Source: Candidatus Hermodarchaeum yapensis | Lineage (GTDB): Archaea > Asgardarchaeota > Hermodarchaeia > Hermodarchaeales > Hermodarchaeaceae | NCBI GenBank assembly: GCA_016840405.1 | Contig: JAEOSK010000018.1 | Location: 1 to 54,847, forward strand | DNA length: 54,847 bases | Direction: 5' to 3' | In this document: positions 44,952 to 54,463 of the stretch, in pieces | How the letters are laid out: each line of letters begins with the position of its first letter | How positions within the stretch are numbered: position 1 is the stretch's first letter | Notes under the pieces: model-generated | The model's database searches: none | Told to the model about the DNA's origin: nothing | Seen by the model: only the letters and a program-made list of their open reading frames with translations | Made by a program: the position numbers and the translations under genes

Positions 44952-46454
44952 TTACCTTTGCCTTTTTCGTCGATTACGGATTGCAATCACACCTGGGACC
45001 ACGATCAATACAAATACACCACTTGTGAAAATGACTGTTACAATTAATTGACTTAGAGGGCCATTGACTAAATCCTGAAGTGCTTGACCAGCGTTTTTCC
45101 ACGCGATAGCTATTCCATTTAGGTGAGTTTGAATTAACACCAGATTCTCTGAATATTGTGTTACTGACTCGAAGATGTTACCGTTGTGTTCAAAAAGGTC
45201 GGCGATACCCCAGAAAGTATCCTTTATGAGCGAACTATACGATGTGGGATCAAATGTTGTGAGAGAGTCGTTTGTACTGAGAGCTTCAAAATGGGGTAAC
45301 GCAGCTTGACCATATGATTGCATTACCGAGAGATCATATTCCGGCAAGAATGCAGGAAGACTCGCGAGGGCAGAACGAAAAGATAAGTGTTGCAAGGTAA
45401 TCATTTGCTCCAAGATGATGCTAAATTCATAGAGCCTATTGACAATAAGATCGTTCTGACCCAAATTAACAAGAAAGTATGCAAGATTAGATGGTGCGAG
45501 ATCAATACTCAACTGACTAAACGCCCTTGCTCCGCAGAAAACTAATGATGGATTGACGTTTACAAGTTCATATGATGTAGGAATGCCCAGAATACGTTCA
45601 TAGATAAATCTAGAGTACTCGTTACTGTTGGGAGTGGGTCCTTGGGCGCCGGGTTTGATTTGAATTGCCCCGAAGGCAAGGTTTTCTCGGGCAAGAGTCA
45701 AATCTGAGTAACTAATGCTATAGTGCCACCGTCCATCGCTTGGATACGCTACATCGTCTCCTAGTGCCCCAACACCGGGGTCCATAAGCCAAACCTCCTG
45801 TGTTGTATCGTTGTATCCGATTGCGAGTACGGCATGGCCTGATCCTGTGTCAGCGGAATGGAGGTTCAGGTCACGTAGAATGTCATAGTCGTGAACCGGG
45901 AGATAATAGGGATCAACCCACAAGAGTAACGGGTAACCGTCATCAATGGAATGACACAAGGTTTCCTGTGCCTCAATTGCACCCTCAATTGTGTGATAGT
46001 CGAGGTTCCAGAAGTCCATATTAATGGTAAAATTCTGCCCATCCTCAGTAGAATTGTCGAAAATCACGATATAGTCTATGCCTTGGAAGGCCTCTAGGTA
46101 CTGTGCTTGGTAGAGTTGACGATAATTAGAACCGGGTATAAGCGTCATGATATCTTCGAATTGGACATACACGGCTGAGAACCCTATTCCAGTCGCAGCA
46201 AATACGTCGTTTAATTTCATTGGGAGACCAATATGTTGTAGCATCATTGAAAGACTCGACCAGTGGCAAAACCCGTTAATCTCTTGCCAGACATAGGGGA
46301 TTTCCTCAATGTATGTTGTACTTTTGGAAAAAGTGGAGGCTGTCAGGAACTCATGACTAGTTCCTGACATGGAGGTGTTCAAAGGAGTAGGAAGGAATGA
46401 GAGGAAGAGAAGCAAAGCAAAGGTTGTCCCAAGTATCGTGGCGTTAAGTCGCAT
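44952..46454 (-). CDS. Membrane-anchored C39-like (papain-fold) peptidase / BtrH-N-like protein
   Basis: PYVWQEINGFC (Q-x5-C) and GHAVLAIGY..WLMDP (H, D); signal peptide; C-terminal TM + RNRRKRQR. Confidence 0.75.
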   Translation of the reverse strand: MRLNATILGTTFALLLFLSFLPTPLNTSMSGTSHEFLTASTFSKSTTYIEEIPYVWQEINGFCHWSSLSMMLQHIGLPMKLNDVFAATGIGFSAVYVQFEDIMTLIPGSNYRQLYQAQYLEAFQGIDYIVIFDNSTEDGQNFTINMDFWNLDYHTIEGAIEAQETLCHSIDDGYPLLLWVDPYYLPVHDYDILRDLNLHSADTGSGHAVLAIGYNDTTQEVWLMDPGVGALGDDVAYPSDGRWHYSISYSDLTLARENLAFGAIQIKPGAQGPTPNSNEYSRFIYERILGIPTSYELVNVNPSLVFCGARAFSQLSIDLAPSNLAYFLVNLGQNDLIVNRLYEFSIILEQMITLQHLSFRSALASLPAFLPEYDLSVMQSYGQAALPHFEALSTNDSLTTFDPTSYSSLIKDTFWGIADLFEHNGNIFESVTQYSENLVLIQTHLNGIAIAWKNAGQALQDLVNGPLSQLIVTVIFTSGVFVLIVVPGVIAIRNRRKRQR

Positions 46455-46474
46455 TATTTGACACCTCGTTCCTC

Positions 46475-48166
46475 CTAGATTTCTGGTCGTGAAAGACGTT
46501 TGACTCCTATCACAAGTGCTAAGCTTCCGACAATGAGGAGACTAATCATGCTTATGAGGGCAAAGGCATAGGGCATTCCCGTTGCCCCTACTGCATCATG
46601 GATCATATTCCAGAAAGGCAATCCTGCCATGTCACCGAACATCGTTATCAAGATGGGAGCGAAGAGAGTGAATTGAGCACCCATGGTGGTGATGATAACG
46701 TTCATTTGATGTTCTGGGGATTTCGTGTCTTCATAGTAGGGATTCCAAGCGGTTACGCCTGTACCAAACATAATTGCTCCAGCAATGATGACATAGCCAT
46801 ATGCAACCAAGAACAGGAAGCGGTCAAGAGTTCCTCCACTAAGGAGCGTCATAACTAATGCCGGGATAAAGCCCAGTGGTATCGCAATTATGAACGCTGA
46901 AACTAATCGAGCTTTAACGTATCGTGCAGTTCCAGATGGTGTGCTTTGGATTATCCAAAGTTGATCTTTACTTTCCATGAATGCAGTTCCTGAGAAGGTA
47001 TATCCTCCAATCATCGCCATCCCAATGCCTCCGACCATGATGAGTGCCATCATATCGAACCCTCCCACGTCGCCAATATTGATCATGATTTGCGACATAA
47101 TAAATGGAAGGACGACTGCAAGGATGATACCGTAGGCGATTTTGGAGATATTTGAAGCCCTTCGGAAGAAGTCTTTGAAACAGGTCACTACTAAGGAGCC
47201 AAAAGATCCTGGGGCTAGTTTCCGTATTCCTCGAATGACAAAATGCTCTCTTGTAATTGTTGTAACTTGTTCAGTTCGAGCACCAATATTGTATGTAAAG
47301 ATACGATCGGCCGAAGCAAGTCCGATTCCTACAACAGCGATGGTAAAGATGCTCATTAACGCTGTACTGAAGAGGAGATCAAAGTTTAGGATTTGTTGGA
47401 ATGCTAGAATTTGTTCAACACTAAATCCGATTTGGCTGGAGTGTATGGTTATCCAGCTGATGACATCTGCGGGCCACGTGAAGGGGAAGAGGAGGAAGAC
47501 GTTTAATCCGAGGATAACGGAGAAGTGTTGACTGAAGAACATAATTCCATAGATGGGGACGATGCTGACAATGGCTAGTAATATGGCTACACCATTGGCT
47601 ATGTCTTTTCCACGAGAGGATTCACCAAGTTTGGCTTGAATTGCGGCTGTAATTAAGTTAGCGAGCCAGATTGTTGTGAGGATCATAAGAAAGAGGGTTA
47701 GATACGTCAAGATTTGGCCAAGTAGAGCAACTTCGAATGCTAGAAAGAAAAGAACTAGAAATGGCGGAGTGATGAAAAGCACAAGGAGACCATAAAGCGG
47801 AATTCTCCCTATGAATGTACCAATGAGAATATCACGGGTTGAAACATTGTTAGAGAGAAAGATTTCCCATTGACCAATCTTGATTTCTTGGAGAGATCGT
47901 GACAGGGGTATGATGAGGATTAAAATCCATATGAAGAACATGGCTGCACGCATGAATCCAGGAAGCATGTTAATCAAGATTATTTGGAGAATTTCAATTG
48001 GAATGATGAAATCTGCCATTATCCCAATGATGTAGGGCGCAAGGAATAATGCCCAGATGAGTCCCAAAGCGTAAAGTATTGTGATATTCCGTGTTCGATT
48101 TTCACGGAATGACACAGTGCTGACTTGGTATTCTGCTTTGGCAATTCTTGACCATTTTCGAGTCAT
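46475..48166 (-). CDS. ABC exporter permease (two ABC-2-like halves)
   Basis: About 12-13 TM; repeated FLSNNVSTRDI / LWIIQSTP coupling-type loops; directly follows the ATPase. Confidence 0.8.
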   Translation of the reverse strand: MTRKWSRIAKAEYQVSTVSFRENRTRNITILYALGLIWALFLAPYIIGIMADFIIPIEILQIILINMLPGFMRAAMFFIWILILIIPLSRSLQEIKIGQWEIFLSNNVSTRDILIGTFIGRIPLYGLLVLFITPPFLVLFFLAFEVALLGQILTYLTLFLMILTTIWLANLITAAIQAKLGESSRGKDIANGVAILLAIVSIVPIYGIMFFSQHFSVILGLNVFLLFPFTWPADVISWITIHSSQIGFSVEQILAFQQILNFDLLFSTALMSIFTIAVVGIGLASADRIFTYNIGARTEQVTTITREHFVIRGIRKLAPGSFGSLVVTCFKDFFRRASNISKIAYGIILAVVLPFIMSQIMINIGDVGGFDMMALIMVGGIGMAMIGGYTFSGTAFMESKDQLWIIQSTPSGTARYVKARLVSAFIIAIPLGFIPALVMTLLSGGTLDRFLFLVAYGYVIIAGAIMFGTGVTAWNPYYEDTKSPEHQMNVIITTMGAQFTLFAPILITMFGDMAGLPFWNMIHDAVGATGMPYAFALISMISLLIVGSLALVIGVKRLSRPEI

Positions 48167-48170
48167 ACGC

Positions 48171-48938
48171 TCATCTCCAAGTTAGGAGTGCTTCTCGGTC
48201 GACTTTCCCACCAACAATTTGTAGATACGCTTCTTCAAGATTTTTGACCTTGGTTGCACTGATAAGATCCTGAACAGAACCTGAAGCAACTAGTTGCCCT
48301 TCGTTGATTATGCCAATCTGGTCACAGACATCCTCTGCAAAAGATGTTTGATGTGTACAGATGAAGAAGGTGGTTCCTGTAGCCTGAGCTAAAATTTCGA
48401 TCAATTCTTTGACAATTACACTTGCACTGGGATCAAGTCGAGCGGTGGGCTCATCCAAGAATACGAGTTCAGGTTCATGTAAGAGTGTCGAAGCGATGAG
48501 CACTTTTTGCTTCATACCAGAGGAATAAGATTCTAGGAGATCATCTTGACGTGATTCTAATCCTAACAATGCGAGTAGTCGATCAATCCTGTTGTGCAAT
48601 GAATCGCCATTTCGATCATTCAAAGCCCCAATAAATTCGAGAAATTCAACAGCTGACAGTTTTGAGTAAAGACCTGGTGTTTCAGGTAATAACCCAGTTA
48701 CTGCCTTGATTTTATTGCGTTTTGAATCAAGTGGTAGACCACAGACTCTAGCGGTGCCACTCGATTGTTGCATAAGTCCTGAGAGAATTCGGACAGTTGT
48801 GGTTTTACCTGCACCGTTCGGACCCAGGAATCCGAATCGGGTTCCTTGGTGGACTTCTAATGTGAGGTTCCGGACGGCGTGGACGTGTCCGAATGTTTTG
48901 CTTAGTTTTTGTGTTTGGATGGTAACGCCATTGTTCAT
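48171..48938 (-). CDS. ABC transporter ATP-binding protein (DrrA/CcmA-like)
   Basis: GPNGAGKTT, YSSGMKQK, LVFLDEP and CTH motifs. Start set at ATG 48938, behind a GAGGTGA RBS; the ORF track starts at 48989. Confidence 0.95.
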   Translation of the reverse strand: MNNGVTIQTQKLSKTFGHVHAVRNLTLEVHQGTRFGFLGPNGAGKTTTVRILSGLMQQSSGTARVCGLPLDSKRNKIKAVTGLLPETPGLYSKLSAVEFLEFIGALNDRNGDSLHNRIDRLLALLGLESRQDDLLESYSSGMKQKVLIASTLLHEPELVFLDEPTARLDPSASVIVKELIEILAQATGTTFFICTHQTSFAEDVCDQIGIINEGQLVASGSVQDLISATKVKNLEEAYLQIVGGKVDREALLTWR

Positions 48939-48979
48939 GCGTTTCACCTCAAAGGAGAATAAGAGGCACCTCCTTATTA

Positions 48980-49014
48980 ACTTTGCCATACAAAGTACTT
49001 TAATATAACAAAGT
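48980..49014. promoter_or_regulatory. Tandem inverted-repeat operator between divergent operons
   Basis: ACTTTG-CCATA-CAAAGT (48980-48996) abuts ACTTTA-ATATAA-CAAAGT (48997-49014); junction palindrome AAAGTACTTT. Confidence 0.7.
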
Positions 49015-49056
49015 ATTTAAGTGGGGCAAAGCTACTATCTACTGGATGAACAAACC

Positions 49057-49698
49057 ATGTCTGAACGTGTAGATTTGAAAGAAATCGAACGAAAGAGTTA
49101 CCTCTCTTATCACCAAGACGGACTTGCTGAAATTTGCCTAGGAATTCCATTAATCCTCTTTGGACTTCTCTTTCATCCATTAATTGCTGGTTATGTACCT
49201 GGAGTTGCAATGAGTCAGATTGTTTGGTTTGTATTCATCTACGCAGCATTAAAAAGGGCGATTACTATTCCACGAATAGGCTATGTAGAGTTTTTACCAC
49301 GACGACGAACCCGTTTTGCATTACTTATCCTAATTCTTGTATTGATTACGTTCGTCCCTCTATTACTTGTTTTTTTGCTCACCGCAGGTCAGCAAATCGT
49401 TCCTGCAATGTCTGATGTTATGATCTTTTATTTACTCATTATTTGTGGTCTTTTCGGTTCGGGGATTTTGACTCTAATTGGGTTATTCACGGAGATTCGT
49501 CGATTCTATGGATATGCAATTATCACTTTGATTCTTTTCATTATCGGCTTTTTCCTAGTCCTTCCCTTTGCATTGCCAGTGATTGGCATTGGTATAATCA
49601 TCACAATTACGGGATTTGTTAAACTCACTCAGTTTCTTCGTAAATATCCGAAGAGCACTGAAGAACACATTTCTGTTGAAGAATGGCAAGAGGAATAA
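49057..49698 (+). CDS. Membrane protein, paralogue 1 of 3 (about 6 TM)
   Basis: IERKSYLSYHQDG, PRIGYVEF and FLRKYPK motifs; ATG 49057 aligns with the starts of the other paralogues. Confidence 0.8.
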   Translation: MSERVDLKEIERKSYLSYHQDGLAEICLGIPLILFGLLFHPLIAGYVPGVAMSQIVWFVFIYAALKRAITIPRIGYVEFLPRRRTRFALLILILVLITFVPLLLVFLLTAGQQIVPAMSDVMIFYLLIICGLFGSGILTLIGLFTEIRRFYGYAIITLILFIIGFFLVLPFALPVIGIGIIITITGFVKLTQFLRKYPKSTEEHISVEEWQEE

Positions 49699-49761
49699 AT
49701 GGAGAGTGAGTGCTGTAAACATTCGAAAAATGTTTGTTGGATTGCGTAGAGGTGGATTATC

Positions 49762-50397
49762 TTGAATGAAAGTATTAACTTACAACAGCTTGAACGTAAA
49801 GCCTATCTTTCCTATCATCAGGATGGAGTGATTGACATTTTCATTGGGTCTGCTATAGTGACCTTTGGACTTTTCTTACTTCCATGGGTTGTTGAGTATT
49901 TATGGATGGCATTCTCGAGCCTATCTATCATCTGGGTGTTGATTTATGCCGGAGTAAAACGGGCCTTTACTGTCCCTCGGATTGGTTATGTTGAATTTAA
50001 GAAACACCGAAGGAGCCGGGTTATGCTAATTGCTGTTTTATTATTCATTATTAATCTAGTATTCTTTCTTATTCAGGCTTTGGGTCTATTAACACCTGAA
50101 CTTCGAATATTTCTCAACGTGTATGGATTTATGGTATTAGCCTTCGTTGTTGGAGGCTTGTTCTTCTTAATTGGATTTTTGACGGAACTACATCGCGTGA
50201 TGGGATATGGAGTTGTCGCTATTGCGGTTTTTCTTCCTCTTCAATTCTATCCAATGCATTTCTCTTATTCGATTATTTTGTTAGGTCTTGTGATGACAGC
50301 GTATGGCTGTGTGCTGCTCTTTCGATTTATCCGGAAATATCCAAAAGAAAATTCCGGAGTTGAACATGAGGATCCGTGGGAAGAACCAACTGATTAA
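49762..50397 (+). CDS. Membrane protein, paralogue 2 of 3
   Basis: LERKAYLSYHQDG, PRIGYVEF and FIRKYPK motifs; GAGGTG RBS. Confidence 0.8.
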   Translation: MNESINLQQLERKAYLSYHQDGVIDIFIGSAIVTFGLFLLPWVVEYLWMAFSSLSIIWVLIYAGVKRAFTVPRIGYVEFKKHRRSRVMLIAVLLFIINLVFFLIQALGLLTPELRIFLNVYGFMVLAFVVGGLFFLIGFLTELHRVMGYGVVAIAVFLPLQFYPMHFSYSIILLGLVMTAYGCVLLFRFIRKYPKENSGVEHEDPWEEPTD

Positions 50398-50412
50398 AGG
50401 AGTTGATCTAAA

Positions 50413-51027
50413 ATGACTAACAATTCAAAACTGCAAGAAATTGAAAGAAAAGCCTTCATCTCATATCACGGAGATGGGATTTTAGACATCTGCATTGGTA
50501 GCGCTCTTTTGGTGATGGCATTCTTTATTTGGCTACTTCCCGAATTCTGGTTCTTTGTAATTGGTGGATTGATTGGTTGGATCTCACTTTATACCGGCGC
50601 TAAAAAGTTAATAACGGCCCCTCGGTTGGGGTATGTCGAATTCTCATCTGTTCGGCGACGAAGAATCCAAAACATTATGATAGCAGGCGTGTTAATGCTG
50701 GTCGTCTTCAACATCCTTGGAGTTCTCGCCATAATCAATCCAATAATCGGGATTTTCATTTTTGAATCAGCGTTTACCATTCTAATCGTGGGAATTATCG
50801 GAGCATTTGTGTTAGCTCTAATTGGAACCATGTTGAATATACGACGATTTTATTCTTATAGCGTTGTGTTTCTAGGTGTAGCAGTTGTAACATTTTTCAT
50901 TCCCCTAATTCTTCTCCTTCCGCTGATCGTGGTTAGTATTGTCATGCTTGTGTATGGGCTATTTCTGCTCTACCAGTTTGTGCAAATGTATCCGAAAGAA
51001 GCCCGTGGAGAGGTGACGGGTGCCTGA
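50413..51027 (+). CDS. Membrane protein, paralogue 3 of 3
   Basis: IERKAFISYHGDG, PRLGYVEF and YPK motifs. Confidence 0.8.
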   Translation: MTNNSKLQEIERKAFISYHGDGILDICIGSALLVMAFFIWLLPEFWFFVIGGLIGWISLYTGAKKLITAPRLGYVEFSSVRRRRIQNIMIAGVLMLVVFNILGVLAIINPIIGIFIFESAFTILIVGIIGAFVLALIGTMLNIRRFYSYSVVFLGVAVVTFFIPLILLLPLIVVSIVMLVYGLFLLYQFVQMYPKEARGEVTGA

Positions 51028-51346
51028 CGAGCCCAGTGACGGTAAGTTTCCAATAATTGATGACTTTGATCGCGTCATCCATGAGCCCGCACGCCTCATC
51101 ATTATGTCCCACCTTTATGTTCTGGACCGTGCGGATTTCTTGTTTCTGAAACGGCAAACAGGACTCACTTGGGGGAACTTATCCTCACATATTACAAAAC
51201 TGGAGACTGCAGGATACGTAGAAGTAATTAAGAAATTTATTGATCGGAAACCCTACACACTGATTGAACTGACGAAAGAAGGGCGTGAAGCCTTTCGCTT
51301 GTATCAACGTCAGATGAAGCACGTGTTTGAGGGGTTGGATGAGTAA
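51020..51346 (+). CDS. Winged-helix transcriptional regulator (ArsR/MarR-like, HTH_34 type)
   Basis: IHEPARL.IM, F..LK...GLTWGNLSSH..KLE.AGYV and LT.EGR motifs; overlaps the upstream stop by 8 nt. Confidence 0.9.
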   Translation: MPDEPSDGKFPIIDDFDRVIHEPARLIIMSHLYVLDRADFLFLKRQTGLTWGNLSSHITKLETAGYVEVIKKFIDRKPYTLIELTKEGREAFRLYQRQMKHVFEGLDE

Positions 51347-51371
51347 TTGTTGTTAGGGGTTATGCGCCATT

Positions 51372-51695
51372 TCAGCCAGCTATGGCTCCACCAATGAGAA
51401 CGAATATCCCTGGCAGGAAGCCACCGATAATTAGTGCGATGAATCCAGTGATGAAGAGTGCTGCCTTGTGGGCTGATGGGTCGTGGCGCCAGTTTAGCCA
51501 GAGAATGATGAAAATAAGACTGATGATTCCACCAATAAAAAAGAATGCTGGGACGAAAATCCAAAGGCCTATTGTTCCACCAAAGAAGATAGGAATTAGG
51601 AAACCAGCGCCTCCGAGAAATAGAATAATTATTGATGCGAGGAGCTGAAACACCGCACCAACCAGAATTAATGTCGAAGCTGTTTCATCAGACAT
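51372..51695 (-). CDS. Small Gly-rich hydrophobic membrane protein
   Basis: 3-4 hydrophobic segments; AGGTG RBS. Confidence 0.7.
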   Translation of the reverse strand: MSDETASTLILVGAVFQLLASIIILFLGGAGFLIPIFFGGTIGLWIFVPAFFFIGGIISLIFIILWLNWRHDPSAHKAALFITGFIALIIGGFLPGIFVLIGGAIAG

Positions 51696-51826
51696 GATCT
51701 AACACCTTAAACTTCCTTTATTGAACTTACTTAAATAATATAACAGAAGATGACGAAGCGGAGTAGCCTTTGACACACTAACTTCATTTTGTTTCATTTA
51801 TTGAACTGTTGTTATCGGTTCCTAGG

Positions 51827-53491
51827 TTAATTGTTGAAGCGGGTTTCTGTAAGGATTAGTAAAAAGCTCGGATTTAGGCCATCATAGTTTCGTGCTGAAT
51901 GTAATTGAGTGATAAACACATTCATACGGTTTAGATTTGTTGTTACCGTGTATCCATTGCGGATGAGTTCATGTTTCGTATTATTGAGGTATACACCAAA
52001 GGCGTCGGTTAAACCGCCACTTTCGGTATTGTCTGGGTCGAGGTGATGCGTGTCTTCGTACCCGTTGATTTCTGCTGTGGGAATTAACACATTTCTTGCA
52101 GCCCAATAATCCAAAGCCACAGGATCGGTACTGGCCATTAGGATGTTAACTCGGGTTGCTGCTTCATAGGTTGTAGCTGGACCACAGAACAAAAAGGGGT
52201 AAGGGTTGGCGTTGATGTAGATTGCGTCGAGAATATTGAGGACGGGATATCGTGTTTCAGCGAGGAGCGTGCCCATTCCGCCTTCGCCAATTTGGTTATG
52301 ACCATTAGCAATTCCCTCATTCAGAATTTCCGATTGGACACCCATATAGTGTTTGCACGCTGCTGTGACTCCATAGATACTATGTGATTTGAGAACAGGC
52401 AGGTTGATGACCTTCAGTCGGTCTTCATAAGTTACTCCATTCCAGATACCGTGTTTGAAGCTAATGTAGGTGCCTTGTTCAGATTGGAATTTGGGATACG
52501 AAACATGGACACCCGTGTCTGGATCTGCAGTGCTGTTTCGCCAATATCCATCCACCATATCCCCGTCTGAGTATTCGTTGACTTGGTTGTTTCGGATGGG
52601 TTGCCAGTCATATGCTGAGACATCATAATCTTGTGCAAACATATTCACAACATCGAGTGCGGATTGAGACGTGTCTTCAGCATTGGCTAATGTCCAATTA
52701 AGATCACCCCATCCTTGTCCATTATCTGCAACGACGATTTCACCACTAAATCCTTCAGGATGGTCTAGTATCGCTTGTATCAATTCTTGTAAGAGATCTG
52801 TATTTGATCCTCCACGTGCATTCCATTGCATGTTGATTTTGAGAATCACCACATCATCTGACGCAATGAGCCCAGAAGGTCCCTGGGTCACCCCTGTCGT
52901 ACTGGATTGGTAGAATAAGAGCCCCTGAGAGCCCATTAGGCTAATGAGGTTGGGGATATGGGCCACGGGTCGACCGTTCAATACATAGATGTCTGAAGCA
53001 GGTGATTCGGTTGCCGTTTGGGGAGTGAGCATGAGATTGACATCACCAGGATAGGCTGGGGGAGTAAGGGTGTTCCACACATAGAATAGACCGAATCCTA
53101 AGCTGGGTACAATAATGGCCAGTGCGAGGATTGGTTTCCAGTATCGTTTCAGAAATCCCTGAGCTTCGGACGCAGCTAAGCGAAGGGAGGACATTCGAAA
53201 CTTGAAGAAAAACGTTGTGAATGCCACTGGAAGAATTGATTGCGCGGCAACAGAAACGTTGTTGACCGCTACTTGTTGGCACGGATAGGTTACTCGCGTT
53301 GGCTTAGTTCCAGTCCGAAAAAGAAACCATATGAGACTGGCTGCCCCCAGAAGAAATAGGCTGCCATTCTTTAATGATTGTTTATGTTCTGGAGACCAAC
53401 ATTTTACCAAGAGGGGTAGAAGGACTGGATTCGCAAGGCAACGTAAGAGAAGTTCGTTTTGCTTTCTGGCTTCTTGATCGTTCTCTCTCAA
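51827..53491 (-). CDS. DUF362-domain protein with N-terminal membrane segments
   Basis: VILKIN, INLPVLKSH..GVT.ACKH and STDPVALD motifs; N-terminal WFL.RTG.KP.R..YPCQ motif; start uncertain. Confidence 0.75.
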   Translation of the reverse strand: MRENDQEARKQNELLLRCLANPVLLPLLVKCWSPEHKQSLKNGSLFLLGAASLIWFLFRTGTKPTRVTYPCQQVAVNNVSVAAQSILPVAFTTFFFKFRMSSLRLAASEAQGFLKRYWKPILALAIIVPSLGFGLFYVWNTLTPPAYPGDVNLMLTPQTATESPASDIYVLNGRPVAHIPNLISLMGSQGLLFYQSSTTGVTQGPSGLIASDDVVILKINMQWNARGGSNTDLLQELIQAILDHPEGFSGEIVVADNGQGWGDLNWTLANAEDTSQSALDVVNMFAQDYDVSAYDWQPIRNNQVNEYSDGDMVDGYWRNSTADPDTGVHVSYPKFQSEQGTYISFKHGIWNGVTYEDRLKVINLPVLKSHSIYGVTAACKHYMGVQSEILNEGIANGHNQIGEGGMGTLLAETRYPVLNILDAIYINANPYPFLFCGPATTYEAATRVNILMASTDPVALDYWAARNVLIPTAEINGYEDTHHLDPDNTESGGLTDAFGVYLNNTKHELIRNGYTVTTNLNRMNVFITQLHSARNYDGLNPSFLLILTETRFNN

Positions 53492-53640
53492 TTGATTGAA
53501 AATTAAGACCAGCTCCTGAGAAATAACCCAATCTTACGATATATAATTCCATAGAAACCGGTCAGTTCGGAAAAAGGACCTTCCCACCCTATTATCATCT
53601 TGATTCGTTAAACCACATTCGGGTTTAGAAATTGATTATT

Positions 53641-54249
53641 TCAGTTTGTGGCGGCACCACAATTGCTACAGAATTTGTCATCATCCTTCAAAGGAGCATT
53701 ACAATTTTGACAGTTTGAGAATTGTCTTGATATTGGTTGTTGGACTTGCTGAAATTGCGACTGAAGAGCGGTTTCGAGGAGTTGTCCCCGTCGCGAGTAT
53801 TCGCGAAAGGTGTAGCGAATACCCCAAATACTTGCACCCCAACACAGAGCCCCAAAAACCCCCATTACAATTGTCATTATGATTACTTCAGCAGACTGAG
53901 GTAGCGTAATTGGGAGAGAAAAGCCTAACGCCCCGGCGATGAGAAAGATCACAACAATTATGCAAAAACCACAACCCTCAATGGCTGATGGATCAAATCC
54001 GTTATCACTTTTCGGTATTGGATCAGGCACCCCTGCTTCAGCAGCTTGCCTTCTGATTCGTTTTGCCTGACGCCAGAATAAGACACCAGTGAAAAGTCCG
54101 AGAGCGATAATTAGGACTAAACCGGTTACAAAGAAGACAGCTAGCCAGAATAATGGATTTCGAAAATCTGGTTGAGCGAACATCATCAAGTACAGCTCAT
54201 TGTTCAATTTGCCGAAAGTCACTTCAATAAATTCTCGTGAAGACATCAT
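53641..54249 (-). CDS. Membrane protein with C-terminal zinc ribbon
   Basis: 3 TM; Gln-rich linker; CQNC..FCSNCG. Confidence 0.75.
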   Translation of the reverse strand: MMSSREFIEVTFGKLNNELYLMMFAQPDFRNPLFWLAVFFVTGLVLIIALGLFTGVLFWRQAKRIRRQAAEAGVPDPIPKSDNGFDPSAIEGCGFCIIVVIFLIAGALGFSLPITLPQSAEVIIMTIVMGVFGALCWGASIWGIRYTFREYSRRGQLLETALQSQFQQVQQPISRQFSNCQNCNAPLKDDDKFCSNCGAATN

Positions 54250-54463
54250 CTCACCACATTAGATCATGTTTTTTCCACGAAGTATTCACTGGCTACGTTT
54301 TATGCTTCGAAACCGTCCTAAATCACCCACGGGTATTGGTCTTTATCTTGTATATAATCCTTATCGGATTGAATTGAACAAATCAGCGGTTTTAGAAACA
54401 GTAGAACGATTTCTGGATCTTTGTTGCATTGTTCGATTTTCCAAGTGGTGAATAATTGGAAGG

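Noticed and set aside
54266-54451. 61-aa plus-strand ORF
   Set aside because: It lies in the gap between two minus-strand genes, with no RBS or motif; probably spurious.
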